Below, piece by piece: positions 38,561-52,172 of a DNA stretch of 64,000 nucleotides. The notes under the pieces were generated by a model. That model did not search any database. It was not told the DNA's origin and saw only the letters and a list, made by a program, of their open reading frames with translations. The position numbers and the translations under genes were made by a program. The DNA is from Mobula hypostoma (Eukaryota): assembly GCF_963921235.1 (NCBI RefSeq), contig NC_086109.1, forward strand, positions 2,728,001 through 2,792,000, given 5' to 3'. The number at the start of each line of letters is the position of its first letter. Positions within the stretch are counted from its first letter, which is position 1.

Positions 38561-39271
38561 AGTTAGGATATGGAAGCAGGGAGATACAGAGACAAGGACT
38601 CTGGAGAGGGGAGACATTGAGACTGGGCACATCGACACGTGACACATGGACACAAAAGACCTGGACATGCAAAGCGACACACAATGATGGAAACTCAGAT
38701 CACCCCATCAGCACCAATCAACTGACAAACAATGATACTAACCTAGCATCAGCATGGCCTCATTCTCAGTGCATTCTGAATGAATTCACACACTGTCCAT
38801 CGACACGAGTATTAAATCCATGACTGATCATCAGAAATGCACATACTACTGGGCATAACTGCATGTATAGGGACAGGGTAACCCAGTGACTGGGAGTGTG
38901 GGGACAGGGTACCCCAGTGACTGGGTGTGGGGGGGAGAATGTACCTCAATGACTCGGTGTGTTGGGGACCGTGTATCGCAGCGACAGTGTGTGGGGTTGG
39001 TGTCAGTGTAGCCCAGTGACTGGGAGTGTGGGGACAGTGCGCTCAGTAACTGTGTGTGTGTACGCGGAGTGGACAATTACTGTTAGATCTGCCAGACCAG
39101 GCCTGGAGATCACTGAGGCAAAGTTTCAATTGACTCCTCAGTGGTATGTGGGTTCTTGCTGTGCCCCCGTCTGTGCGCTGCTGAGTTCCACAGTGGTGGT
39201 TGGAACGATCTCCGGTGACGGGGACCTGTGGTTGATTCTGGGATTGTGCAGATTACATGTAGGCCTTATGT

Positions 39272-39429
39272 TCAGTCTGCCCTGAGGAGGGTGAGTGACC
39301 CAGAGTGGCCTCTTTCCAGGGGTAATGTGTCTGTCATTACCCTGTCATTCCCCTTGGGGGGCTGCCAGACACTACGATTCTTCTGCATCCTCTGAAGATT
39401 TGTGTAAATGATGTCCGTCTCCACTTGGT
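39272..39429 (-). CDS. Gene B cytoplasmic exon (D)QVETDIIYTNLQRMQKNRSVWQPPKGNDR..., with ITIM-like IIYTNL; 3' end uncertain
   Basis: Acceptor tttctgtcccacAG at 39431-39430, phase 1. It either reads to TGA at 39272 or uses the donor AGG|GTAATG at 39340. Confidence 0.7.
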
Positions 39430-39592
39430 CTGTGGGACAGAAAGGAGAGGTGACAGGGTCTGTACTAAAACTATTCCCCACTTTACCCCATCTAACCCCT
39501 CTCTCCCATCCCTATTGTCACCTCCCTGCCCACCCCCTCTCTCTCCCTCCCCCAAATACCAGACTCAACGACAGGGTGTCAGATCCACTCGC

Positions 39593-39742
39593 CTTCAGTC
39601 CCTGAAGTTACTTCCCTTCCCTCAGGTCTTCTCCTCCGTGTGACTGTGAGGACCACAGTGAGAGCAAAGATCAGGAGGGTCCCCACCACTGAGAGTACGA
39701 TCATCAGCATCACTGAGTCTAACGCTGCTGTTGTTTTAGGGA
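39593..39742 (-). CDS. Gene B transmembrane exon PKTTAALDSVMLMIVLSVVGTLLIFALTVVLTVTRRRRPEGREVTSGTE
   Basis: Acceptor ctgtgttacAG; 150 nt; phase 1-1; donor AG|GCGAGT. Confidence 0.88.
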
Positions 39743-40842
39743 CTGTAACACAGAGGAGAAAAGATTTCCTGATGAATCCAGTCCTCACGCTCCCAGTGAC
39801 ACAGGATTGACGAATTCACCCCATCCCTCCTCAGTTGGAGAAAACTCCCTGTCACCTCAACACGGTCCCTCAGTACCCTACAATCACTATCACATAACTC
39901 CCCTCCAAACCCCACCTCTCCACCCTGCTCCTCTCCCTTCCAACATCCCTCAGTCCCTCCACCCCATTCCCTCCAATCTCCATCATATCATGGTCCTGCA
40001 CTGCTCCCCTCCAATACCCCTCAGTCCTCTCTCCATCCCCATTCCCTCCAATCACTATCAAATCACTCCTCTCCCTTCTCCTCCCCTCCAATACCGCTCA
40101 GTCCCCTCATCCCCTAGTCACTATCACATCACTGCCCTCCACCACCCTTCTACACTGTGGTGCCCCCACTGGTACACAGAAGAAGAATACAGTTGACAGA
40201 CATATTTAGAAACATTTGTGACAGGAATTAAGGAAATGGTAGAGGAATCAAAACTGAAGTTCCCATCTTCTCAAACAAAGGTACAAAAAATCTCCCAGAA
40301 ATACAAAGACCCTGTGGCCTTAAACAGCGAGGAAAGAAAAGATGTTCTCTAAAACTCATCCAATCCCTCAGTCACCCCTCACACATCCTCAGTTCCCTGT
40401 AACACAGACTCTCTCCACTGCTGTTAATCATTTCCCTCATCCATTCCCTCGATAACCCCTCTTTCTCAGTGCCTGTACCATCGAATGCAAATCCACTCAT
40501 GTTCATCCAGTTCTTTCTCACTGACTTCAGGATTGAAGGACGTTCTTTTAGAACTGAGTTGCGGAGAAATTTAGTCAGAGGGTGGTAAATCTGTGGAATG
40601 TGTTGCCACGAGCGGCTGTGAAGGCCAAGGGTGTATTTAAGGCAGAGATAGGGAGGTTCTTGATTAGCCAGGGCACCAAAGGGTGTGCGGTGAAAGCAGG
40701 GGAGTGGGGATGACTGGAAGAATTGGATCAGCCCATGATTGAATGGTGGAGCAGGATGGATGGGCTGAATGGCCTACTTCTGCTCCTATATCTTATGGTC
40801 TTATGGTCTTATGATTGTTTTGTGTCTGATATTACCCTCGCT

Positions 40843-41262
40843 TGTCACAACCACAGATTCGGCAGCACAGTAGATATGGCAATCGCACTTGTGAATTTGC
40901 ACGTGTTGGGTAATTATTATTTAATCGTGATAGTATTTAACTACATTCTTGTCGTCGTAGTGCTTGTCGAGACTTGGACAGAGCATAGCAAAGCTTCACT
41001 GCCATTTTGCATTCGGCCGTCCCTGAGCCATTGGACTTTCAAAACCAACTGACTCTGAAGACTAACGGTATTCGTTTAATGTTTAGATATTCTTTTCGGC
41101 CGCAGTGTAGGCTTCATTTCCCTTTTGAGAGTTTTAGTTAACGACCCTGCTTGGCCTAGCATTTATTGTTTTATTTTCCCTTTTTTGAATTAAAGTCTGA
41201 ACTATCGACCTGTTTCAGTGTCTCTCACTCCGCACTTGGGCCATATCGGAACCGTGGTGACA
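40843..41262. mobile_element. Solo LTR-like element, duplicate of 10014-10433
   Basis: Same termini, offset 30829, nearly identical. Confidence 0.65.
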
Positions 41263-42253
41263 CTGCTTCCTGACACTGTCACCAGGAACCCCTCTTCCCC
41301 ATCACCGTGTATCACTGAATGTATCCACTGATACTGACTGAGTTCTTCACGTATTCCCTTCATCCCTCCTCTCCACAAACTTTCGGAGTCGTTAAATGTA
41401 TGTCCAGTGATGTCATTCAATCTCCCTTACCTAGTTCCTCAGAAACCCCTCTTCCTCAGTCTCCAGTGCCACAGACTGTTTCTCCACTGATGTTAATCCT
41501 GTTCCCTCACACTATCCCTCTGCAGCCCCTCTCCCCTCGTGTCTTTGTCCCTGTCTGTATCTCTGATGATGTTGATCCAGCTCCCTGACACTGTCCATTA
41601 CTGCTCAGTGAGATTTGCCCCGTTCCCCGCAGAACTGAGGCTGAGTCAGTGTCCATATCCGGCTGCTCCGGGCTTCGTGTCTTTGGACTCACTGGTTAAT
41701 CTAACTCTCACATTCTCCCTCTGAAATCACTCACAGCAAGGGACCTGCATCATAGACCAGATCTCCACAAATATTAGTCCAATTCTGTCAAAAAGAAAAC
41801 TCTGTGTAAACCCTCTTCCCCAGCACATGTGTCACGGATTGTATTTCCACTGATTTTAATCCAGCTCCCTCACACTGGCCCTCAGTAACCCCTCTCCTCA
41901 AACTCAGCCTCCACCTCCCTGACCACTCGATGCCTCAGCTATCCAAAATAATCCTTCCCTCCAATCGAATCACTCCCTCCCTCCAGCAACAGTGCACAGT
42001 TGATTCAGTGTGGACCTTCTGCAAAATGTACTGTAGTTCCTCACCCAGGCTGTGCTGACAAATATGAGCAGAGGCCTGAGTATAAAATACAAAAAATGAA
42101 GGTTGCCGATAAAGTAAATGGTTCTCTACGGTATCCTCTCAAACAGTGTCAGAGTGCAGAATAGATACAAACTGAAGCTCCTCTGTGCTGTCCCATCTCA
42201 CACTCCTGGGACGGGGAGATAACTAAATCCCAACTTCTTCCTCTGACACTCAC

Positions 42254-42538
42254 GACGTGTGTCCAGATTACAGACGTCGCCCAGTCGGACCTGTGCGGTG
42301 TCCTCACTGATGGGGTTGCTGGCTTCACACCTGTACACAACATCCTCCATCTCTGCTGTGCAATCAACCTGTATCGTCTTTCCGTCTTTCCAGAAGTGCT
42401 GGCTGCTGTTGTCTCCTGTAACTTCTCCTCTCCACCAACTGAATCTGGTATGGTTGCCAGAGGTCACGGAGCAGGTCAGGGTGAGGTTACAAGTCCCAGT
42501 GATGTTCTGAACCATGATGTTTGCTCCTGACACGGGCT
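42254..42538 (-). CDS. Gene B Ig C2-set exon, CD2/SLAM type
   Basis: AG and GTGAGT sites; 285 nt; phase 1-1; CNLTLTC...W...YRCEASNPIS...VC. Confidence 0.9.
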
Positions 42539-43116
42539 CTGAGGGTGTGAGGGAGAGATAGAAGATGAATAAAGGAGATCCTTGTGGACACCTCAATCCC
42601 CAACTCCCCCATCCCATCCCCAACACTCCAGAGTGAACTTCAAGCCAATCCCACCTCAATTTTACCCAACGGTTTAAACCTTCCCTCACCATTCACTTGC
42701 TGCCAGGGGATGTTCCCACGTGCACTACCCACACTCATCTACAAACTCTCCTCCATTTCCTGTTTATAGCTCTCTATTCCAGGAATTCTCTCCATTTCCA
42801 TGTCTTTAGTTCTTCCTCTGTGTGGTGCCAGCTTCCCTTTGAAATCTGACTGAGCCCCAGCCTTGACCTGCCCTGAACCTGGTCCAACCTAAGACACAGC
42901 CCAGTCTATTCTGTCAGTCTCTCCATCTCCACACTGCCTGCCCAGATTATGATGAAGGTTTGAGTCTATGTCATTTCTTTCATCTCTGTTCTCATACCCT
43001 CTCCAACCAAAAGTAACAGTAAGGTTCATCTGTCCGTCTCCTTCTACCCCACTCGTCTCCCTATTCAGTGCATCAACATCTATGCTTCCTGGTCCTTTCA
43101 ATGAGACTCCATTGAA

Positions 43117-44700
43117 TCATAGAGCATTGCAGTGCCAAAACAAACCCTTCAGTCCATCTAGTCCATTCCTAGTCCCATTGATACTCATCTGGACATCACC
43201 TTCCACATCCCTTTCAATATTTATCCCAATTTCTGTTAGACATTGAAATCGAACCTGGTTCCAACCCTTCCACCTGCACCTTGTTCCACCCTCTGAGTGA
43301 AGAAGTTTCCCCACCTTCCCCTATAACTCAGGTCCTTGAGTCCTGATACTCTGCACTCTTTCAACCTAATTGATACCTTTCCTGTACGTAGGTGACCAGA
43401 ATTGCACAAATACTGCAAATTAGGCCTCTCCAAGGTCTTATACAATTTCAACATAACATCCCAACTCCTGGACTCAATTCTTTGATTTATGAAGGCCAAT
43501 GTGCTAAAAGCTTTTTTTATGACCCTATCTACCTGTGATACCACTTTTAAGAAATTATGGATCTGTATTCCCAGATATCTCTATTCTACTACACTCCTGA
43601 GTGCCCAACCACTCATCATTTATGTCCCACCCTGGTTTACTTTCCAAGGGTCAAGGCTTCGTACTCGTCTGCATTAAATTCAACCTGCAAATTTTCGGCT
43701 CATTATTCCCGCTGGTCCCGATCCTGCTACAGGCTTTGATAGTCTTCTTCACTGTCCACTATACCCACAACTACTGTCATCCGCAAATTTGATGATCCAC
43801 TGACATTCCACTCCCTTCCCTCTTTCTTACATATTTTGACCAGTTTCTCCCTGAGTAACACCTCGCTCTGCTCTTCTGCCAAACCCACAACTCCCACCAC
43901 TCCACGACCCACTCCACTTTCTGGACATCCATGGGAGGGGGGCTTCATATGAACTTTCACATTTTCCCTTCCCTCCATGCAGGGAACCAAAAGCTGAAAC
44001 AGTGATTGACGAGCACTCCCAATGCAGTGAACTGCACTCAGTGTTCACACGGTGGCCTCCTCTCCACTGAGAAGCCAGGCACAGTGTCACTAACCACCTT
44101 GAGGGACATCTCAGTTCAGGCACAATTGTAACTCAGAAGTTCTAGTTGCTGTCACTTTGATTCTCCATCCTGCTCCCACTCTGACACACTGATTCTGACT
44201 TCTGACACTATTCCAGTGAGACCAATGTATAGACAAGAGCCCATCTCCAGCTGGATGAGATGCAGAACTTGTGGCTCTCCCTCCTTTATAGAGATGATAT
44301 TCAGAACAGGTTCATTGTCTGAAAGGTTTTGTTGACTACAGTCTGATTCAGAGAGTCATAGAGTCCCAGAATACTATAGAACAGGAACAGGCCCTTCAGC
44401 CCATCTAGTCCATGCCGATTTCTTAACTTGCCTTGTCACATCAACCTGCACCCAAAACGTAGCCCCCCATAACCATTCCATTCATGTATCTATCCAAATT
44501 TCTTTTAAATTTTGAAATCCAACTCACATCCATCACTTCTGCTGGCAGTTCATACAACATGCTCAGCACGTGTCATGAAGGATGTCCTCTTAAACATTTT
44601 GCCTTTCACCCCAAACCCATGACCTCTAATTCTACTCTGACCCAATCTCAGTGGAAAAATCCTGCTTGCATTTACATGATCTGTATCCCTCATAATTTTG
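43117..44700. mobile_element. Decayed CR1 and Penelope fragments in the V-C2 intron of gene B
   Basis: KKAFSTLAFINQRIESRSWDVMLKLYKTL (minus, 43236-43544), GIY-YIG-like remnant ~44020-44160, CR1 tail ~44370-44700. Confidence 0.65.
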
Positions 44701-45783
44701 TAAACCTCAGTCCCTTTCTTCCCATACACGATCCCAGAGGAGGTCTTTGTCTCCAACCCATGTTCATGATTTTTTATCTTCTGTTTTCTATTTCCCATGT
44801 TCTGACGTTCTCCTCCTTCAAATGGTGAACATTAACACTGGAATAGAGGATGTTGTAATGTGAAGTCACCGGAGAGACACCAAAGCTGCTGGATATAGAA
44901 ATGTCTGATTCACCAAAAACAGGCATCATATTGAGACAATCTTGGAAGAAACGGCCTCCTGATTCAATATTACATAATACTGTGACATGCTAAAGGTCAA
45001 AGGTAAATGCAGGATAATTGTACAGTTACAATGTACCAACAATGCTTCTTTGGCTTACATATATTTTTCACATATCTTGTCATTCACACCCACACTCCAG
45101 ACACACAAAATGAATGTTAATCAGAATTGTCTGGTTTGCAATCAACTCAGTCTGCAGCTACAGGAAAACTACTGTTCAGAGCTGCACTTTAAATTCAATC
45201 TACAATCCACCTTCATGTCTGAAGATGGGTTGTGGTGAGATTAATATTTGTTTATTACTTAACTGCACAATGTGCCCTAACAGAGGAGTAATTCAGTGTA
45301 ATGAACACACAGGGTCTCACTCAGCACAGCACAGCATGAAGGCTGAGGAATAAACACCTTGCTGAGCTCAGACCTCAGTCTGGACAATTAACAAGCAGTG
45401 TCCTGGGAAACAGACTGGATAACTGGGATCCCTGAGCATGACAGACTAGGCCTTTGACTGGAGATACAGTGTGTAACTGCGACCCACAGATACAGACTGT
45501 TCAGGCCATTCACACCAGGTCCATTCTCCCTGTGTGCTGAGCTCCCTCCGTCTCAGATACATGAGATTCCCCAATGTTAGTTCGATCCCTTCTGGCTCCT
45601 GTCTCAGTCTCGGTGGATGTGACGGGTGTGTCCTCCAAACTCACACTGTCTCAGCCTCACTACACTGGGACCGTGAGCCCAGCTCTGGACACAGGTAGTC
45701 AGTGAGGTTCAGTGAACAGGGAAACACACAGGATCTGCCCTTACCCATCCATTAGGGGTGTTTCAGGGACCGGTCTCACTCAC

Positions 45784-46104
45784 CGTACACCTGCAGTCGC
45801 ACTGTTGTTTTATATTCATTTCCTGAACTTGCAGCTGCAAACATCACCTCATAATCACCAGAGTCCTCTCTCCGTAGATTATGGATTTCCAGACTGGCAT
45901 TCCCAGGATGAAAGGTTATCCTGTTCTTGTACTGCTCATTACTGAAGTAGCTGATGTTCCCATTCAAGTACTTCACAATCATATTTCTGGGTGATACCCG
46001 AATCCAATAAACCTCATTGTCCGGACTGACTGGTCTCCCAAAAGGTAAGGAGACTGAGTGTCCCTGAGCTCCGGTCACCGTGGTAGGGGGAGCCCCAGTC
46101 CCAG
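45784..46104 (-). CDS. Gene B Ig V-set exon without the B-F disulfide (CD2/SLAM N-terminal domain); in-frame alternative acceptor at 46164
   Basis: GHSVSLP...VYWIR...YKNRITFHPGNASLEIHNLRREDSGDYEV...VRLQVY; no Cys; acceptor cttgtctcctcAG, donor G|GTGAG; 321 nt; phase 1-1; joins C2 as VY-EP. Confidence 0.92.
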
Positions 46105-47369
46105 CTGAGGAGACAAGACAAGACAGTCCGTAGGTGAGGTCAGTGATAGGAAGAGGAATCAGACCTGGGAAAATCAAAGACACAGGAGGAAGCCAAGCGG
46201 CCCATCATGTTGTTCCCAGCCCTGTGAGACAGACAGCACAAAGTTAGTGTTGTTTCATGCCGATACCCTTCATCGGGACTCCAGACTCTCTGTACCCGGC
46301 CCTCAGAAATGAAGTTGCAGCCTGCAGACGGATATCAATGGTCAGGAGGGGGGGGAGGGGGGTCACAGATATTTTCTAGGAAGTTTGGGGTGAGATACTG
46401 GGATACCCTCACTGTGAGTGTGCAGGGGTCAGGAGGTCGACTGATCGGACTCACAGTGACCACCACTCAGCCGGAATTGTCCCTGGATCTGGGTCCCCCA
46501 GGATCTGGCTCTCCTTCAGAGCTGGTTCAGCAAAACTAAAAAAATCCATTGAGCTGCATTTCTTTGTGCAGACGTGCCTTGTTTATAAGAGAGGCTGGAG
46601 GGGAATAGCCAGAGTGGTTCAAGCTGACAGCAGGGTGACAGTAACTCAAATAACCACACGTTACAACAGTGCTGTGGAGAAGAACATCTCTGATGCACAA
46701 CACCTTGAACCTTGAAGTGGATGGGCGACAGCAGCAGAAGACCATGAACATACCCTCAGTGGCCACTTTATTAGGTGCAGGATGATATCAATAAATGGCT
46801 GCAGAATGTAAAATCTCCCCAGACACTGAGCAACCGGGGTTACATTCGCAAACATGACCACAAACGTCTTGATCTTTGTATTATTACCCAACCCACAAAC
46901 AGATCCTAACGCGGTTAATAGGATCAAGGAGGAGTGACTCAGAGTCTGGTGTGGCTTTCAGTTCCTGTGACACTGGCATTAGTACTGGAGAAGGAGAGCA
47001 CTGTTCCACTGGGACAGACTGTGATCAGAATTCCACTGAATCCAATCACGAGGGAGGTAGACTGAGTTTAAGTTCAATAAAACTGTGTTGGGAGGAGGAC
47101 CCCAATGCTGGGAAATCTGGAAGGTTGAAGAGGAGCAACAAGGAAGGGGAGAGGGGTCTCGATAACCAGGAGGAGTACAAACTGAATTTGTCTAAATCTA
47201 AACAAACTACTGAAGATCATATGTGTGAGTTCACTCTGCAGGAAAGTGATCATGATGCTTTTGTCATGGTGTCAGAACAACATAGACCTCAACATAATCA
47301 AGACAGAAGAACTAGTTGTTGACCCAAGGAAGTGTGTGTGTGTACACACAACCCTGTCCTGATCAAAAC

Positions 47370-50300
47370 AGCTACTGTAGAGATGGTTGACAGATTCGAA
47401 TCAGACATCCTTATCAACAGCATAGCCTCCTGGTCTCTCCAACTCAGACAGTGACCAAGAAAGCACATCAACCCAAATTGAATAAAAGTGATCAATACAA
47501 GGAGAGATTAACAATCCCCTTGATCCCAAATGAGACACTGAACACAAAGTGAAAACCCACTTTGTTCAAAGACAAACCATTAGACACGAAAAGTTCACAA
47601 TCGAAGGAACACTACATTCCCATGAGGTGACACTGAGAAAATACAATCCACATACAAACTGATAAAATCCCTTTCTTCTTTAAAAACAACTCATAGTTCT
47701 GACACAGACACCTTACTCAAGTTTCCCATNNNNNNNNNNNNNNNNNNNNNNNNNNNNNNNNNNNNNNNNNNNNNNNNNNNNNNNNNNNNNNNNNNNNNNN
47801 NNNNNNNNNNNNNNNNNNNNNNNNNNNNNNNNNNNNNNNNNNNNNNNNNNNNNNNNNNNNNNNNNTGTTCCATTTTGTGATCCGGGTTCACAAACACTTT
47901 GCTGAGCTCGTGTCAACATGACGAGCAGGAGCGGGAAGCGGACGTGCTACCATTGAACCAGACAACATATTCAAATGATCTGGCTGAAACATTTTCTTGC
48001 CACTTTCCTTGATTTCCTTAATATATAGAAATCTATCAATGAAAGAAGAATTTCCGGATCATCGGAGAATCTCAGTGATTTACCACAGTATGTCGGCTGT
48101 CTTCGTTATGGCCTGGAATGGGAACACCACATATTTGAGTGGAAAATCCTACAAAATGTAGCGAATTCGGTCCAGTACATTGCGGATAAAACCTTCCCAG
48201 CCACTGAAAGCATCTACATGAAACATTGCCATAATCAAAGATCCTCACCTCCCAGGCCATGCTCTTTTCTCACTGCTGTCATCAGGTAGAAGGTACAAGA
48301 GCCTCAGGACTTACACCACCAGGTTCAAGAACAGGTTATTTATTGATATTTATTTATATTTGCATTTGCGCAGTTTGTTGTCTATTGACCCTGTTTACAG
48401 TTACTGTTCTATAGATTTGCTAAATGTGCCTGCGGAAATAGAATCTCAGGGTTGTATGAGGTGACATATCTCTACTCTGATAAAACTTATTTTGAACTTT
48501 TTGAATAGAGGCCTAGTCTATTACCCACACTAGTGACATGTCAGACCCACCACATCAGAAACCAGTCTGGTGAATCTTTGTGATAATTCACCTTCAGCAT
48601 TCATTTCTCACCCATTATCACAGATTCCAACATTGTCCCCGCTCCCAGTGTCAGCTGGGGAGATGTGTGGTTCCCAGTTTTCTCTCTCTCCCTCCTTTTT
48701 GAAACAGTCTGTAGGAACCATTCCTGAAACTGTAGAGTTTGCCAGATGATCACCAGAAAGTTGAGTAACTCTACTGACACCTTGCCACAGACTCCGGGAT
48801 GGAGATCATCAGGCCTGTGTCAATTATCCATTTTCATGATGTTATTTCATCATTGATGCTGATTGATTTTATTTCTACACTTGCATTCAACACTTGCCTA
48901 TCCTGTATTTCTGGCAGCTTTTTGTGTGTTCCACAAAGACACACAAAAAGCCATGGTTATTTCCTCTATTGTTCCTTCATTCCCCATTACAAAGACCCAC
49001 GTCTGTCTGTAAGGGAACTACAGTTGTACCTGCTGCTGTGTTTGTTTCATGTCCTGATTCCGGCTCTCACAGTCTGTTCTTAATATCCTTCAACTTTCCA
49101 TTTTCGCTTTATTCAACGATTTATCTGTGACCCTTTGCTGTATTCGTAATCAATCTCAATCCTCAGGTTTATGACTAATTCTGCAGGTTAACAACCATTT
49201 CGGGCAATGATGTCAGGATTTTCTTTATCATTCTGTCTCACTGCTTGTATGTCCATTATTGTGATTTGGGCTATTGACAGATCGACAGTCCGTCTGCCGA
49301 GAGAGAGGAAACCATGACTTGGAACCAAAAACAAAGATGACTTAACAATTTCCACTCTCTTTCTCCTTTCCAGTGCCCCTCCCCCACTTCCTGCCCACAC
49401 CATTCACCATTCCTACAGCGATTTCCCATCAGGATCTTTTCCCATGGAACACCTCCAGACCAGATCCCAATTCCTGGGTTCTGAGGGGTCCTGGGTCACA
49501 TGTACTGAATTCCACATCTCTGCCAAACCTTCCCAATCCTGTGAACAAATGATACCTGTTTCTCAAGCTCCGTTTCCAGAATTAGAAACAGGATGGTTCT
49601 ATGGCTACAGAAAAAGCCAATCCTCTGTCCCAATACCCACCATTAACCAAACTTTTCTTGCTCTCCATGTCAAACTCGTGTTTTATGAGAGTGTGACAGG
49701 AGAGACAGCTTCACTGTGCCCAACCTACACTCTCCGTGCCCTGGTAGTGAAGGACCCAGAAATGGCCGAGTCCAGAAAGTAACAGCGAACCTGGAGAGAA
49801 GGATGTTAAAGACAAAGACTTGCTCTGAATCAAACTTACAGAGTGAGGCACAGAGAGTTAGCCAGCAGGAGATCAGCAGATGCCTGGTGTTCATTGTTCT
49901 CACAGAACAGTGTAGACGTTGGTGGGCTGCACAAAGCTTCCTCTCCTAGTCAGTATGTTGTGAACAGCAGTTGACAAGAAAGTAGGTGTTGTGCAGAAGG
50001 TGAAATACAGAGGTGTGATCGCAAGCAGAAAGCCACAGCGCTCGATGTCACGAGCGGACTGACTGATGTCAGTATTTCACCTCACACCAAATAAGAACAA
50101 TAAAATCAGGAGGATTTTTGGCCCCTTGTTCCTGCTCCACAGTCAATGAAACCATGACTGATCTTTTATCTCATCACCACAGTCCTGACCAAAAGAATAG
50201 AAAAGCCAACATAAAGTGGTGGATATGGCCCAGTCCATCACAAGAAAATCCCTCACCACCACTGAGCAGATCTACAAGGAGCACTGCGACAAGAAAGCAA

Positions 50301-51700
50301 CGTGCATTATCAAGGACCCCGACCATCCAGTCCATAATCTCCTTTCATTGCTGCTGTCAGAAAGGAGGTACGGACCTCAGGTTCCACACCACCAGGTTCA
50401 GGAACAGTTACACATCAGACTCCTGAACCAGTGTGGATAACTTCACACACCACCACTCTGAATTGATTTCACAACCTATGGACTCACTTTCCAGGATTTC
50501 ATGTTGTAGAGCATATGAGGAGCATTTGATGGCTCTGGGCCTATACTCACTGAAATTTGGAAGATTGAGTGGAAATTTCATTGAAACCTATCGAATGTTG
50601 AAAGACCTCGGCAGAGGACAAAAGAGGACACTTCTTATGGTGGAGGGGTGTAGGACCAGAGGACACAGCCTCCAAACAGAGGAACGTCCATTTACCCTGA
50701 TCCAACACCATCTCCATTTTTTTCTCCATTTGCCTCTTCCTCTGCCCACCTGACCAAACAATTTCATCTCCCGGAAATCTGAAGCTTTCGTACAACAAAG
50801 CAAGGGATTGAAAGCACATCCTGTGGATTGTCAGTCATGAAGGAATTTAAAAACTGTAGAACACTGAATGAGCCAGGGAAATGGTGAACGGTAAAAACAA
50901 ATATATACTTTGTAGTGGAAGGAATGGAGGCTGCCAGTTTATGTGTGTTCTCTGTGGCCACCATTTTGTGAGCTGGCTACCCCCGGGGACGGTTTGATCA
51001 GAGCAGCAAACAGTAGATGCAGTGGGGTCAACAATCTGATAAATAAGAGATCATTTCCAAATAAAAAGCTCATTTTGATTTTGTCAGACTGTCAGGCTTA
51101 TCAAAGAAACAGCCTGTGTGACCTGATGAAGACTGAGCTGCATATTTGGATGAACTGGGTTGAACAAAGGAAGTGACATGGGGTAAGAGCAATAAATTAA
51201 TACTGTTTGTGGCCTTGTGCCGGATCCAGTGAGAGGCTGGCACAGGTCAGTCAGATGAAACAGAGCCACTGAAATCAAAAAACAACAGTTTAATCGACAA
51301 GGCAGAGAATACGAATGAAGGGTTTCACCGACACAAGAAGTGTGTGACCTTGGTGAAAGCCTTGCAAAGTTGTAACATGGTGGCAGGAAGTGGTTGAGGC
51401 TGTGAAACAGAAAATGGTGCTGGAGTCCAGCTGTCTCTGGAGTGAGAGAGAAAACACATACAGATGGGCAGCAGGAAGTTCTGCTGTCTCACAACTCCAG
51501 CAAACCCAGTTTAAACCTGGTTTTAGATTCCATCTGTGTGGAGTTTGCATGTTCTCCCAATGAAGGCTCAGTTTACCCCGGGTGCTCCCATTTCCTCCCA
51601 GATTCCAAAGAGACAAGGGTGGTGGGTTAATTGACCTCTATAAATTGCCCCCACTGAGAGGGTGAGGGATAGAATGTGGGGGAGGTGATGGGATGAATGA
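47370..51700 (+). repeat. Spacer unit U2, free of the large TE insertions; contains the assembly gap
   Basis: Colinear with U0 and U1; provides empty sites for the Gypsy, Rex1, CR1 and L1 insertions. Confidence 0.92.
47730..47865. other. Assembly gap, 136 N
   Basis: Run of N at the position of the CA microsatellite in sister units. Confidence 1.
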
Positions 51701-52172
51701 CCGCCTCTCTTTTTCTGTCTATGTCATTGGTACCAAAATGTACCAAGACTTCCGGCTGCTCGCCCACATCACCACAGTCCTGACCAAAAGAACAGAAAAG
51801 CCAACATAAAGTGGTGGATATGGCCCAGTCCATCACAAGAAAATCCCTCACCACCACTGAGCAGATCTACAAGGAGCACTGCGACAAGAAAGCAACATGC
51901 ATTATCAAGGACCCCGACCATCCAGTCCATAATCTCCTTTCATTGCTGCTGTCAGAAAGGAGGTACGGACCTCAGGTTCCACACCACCAGGTTCAGGAAC
52001 AGTTACACATCAGACTCCTGAACCAGTGTGGATAACTTCACACACCGCAACTCTGAATTGATTCCACAACCTATGGACTCACTTTCAAGGATTTCATGTT
52101 GTAGAGCATATGAGGAGCATTTGATGGCTCTGGGTCTGTACTCACTGAAATTTAGAAGAATGAGTGTAAATT

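Noticed and set aside
38141-39300. Plus-strand splice-donor motifs suggesting an antisense gene
   Set aside because: No consistent acceptor and frame combination gives a credible ORF.
46165-46222. ATGATG at ~46208 as the leader exon of gene B
   Set aside because: It is out of frame with the V exon, would need a ~60-nt intron with a poor donor, and the region resembles a decayed Penelope tail.
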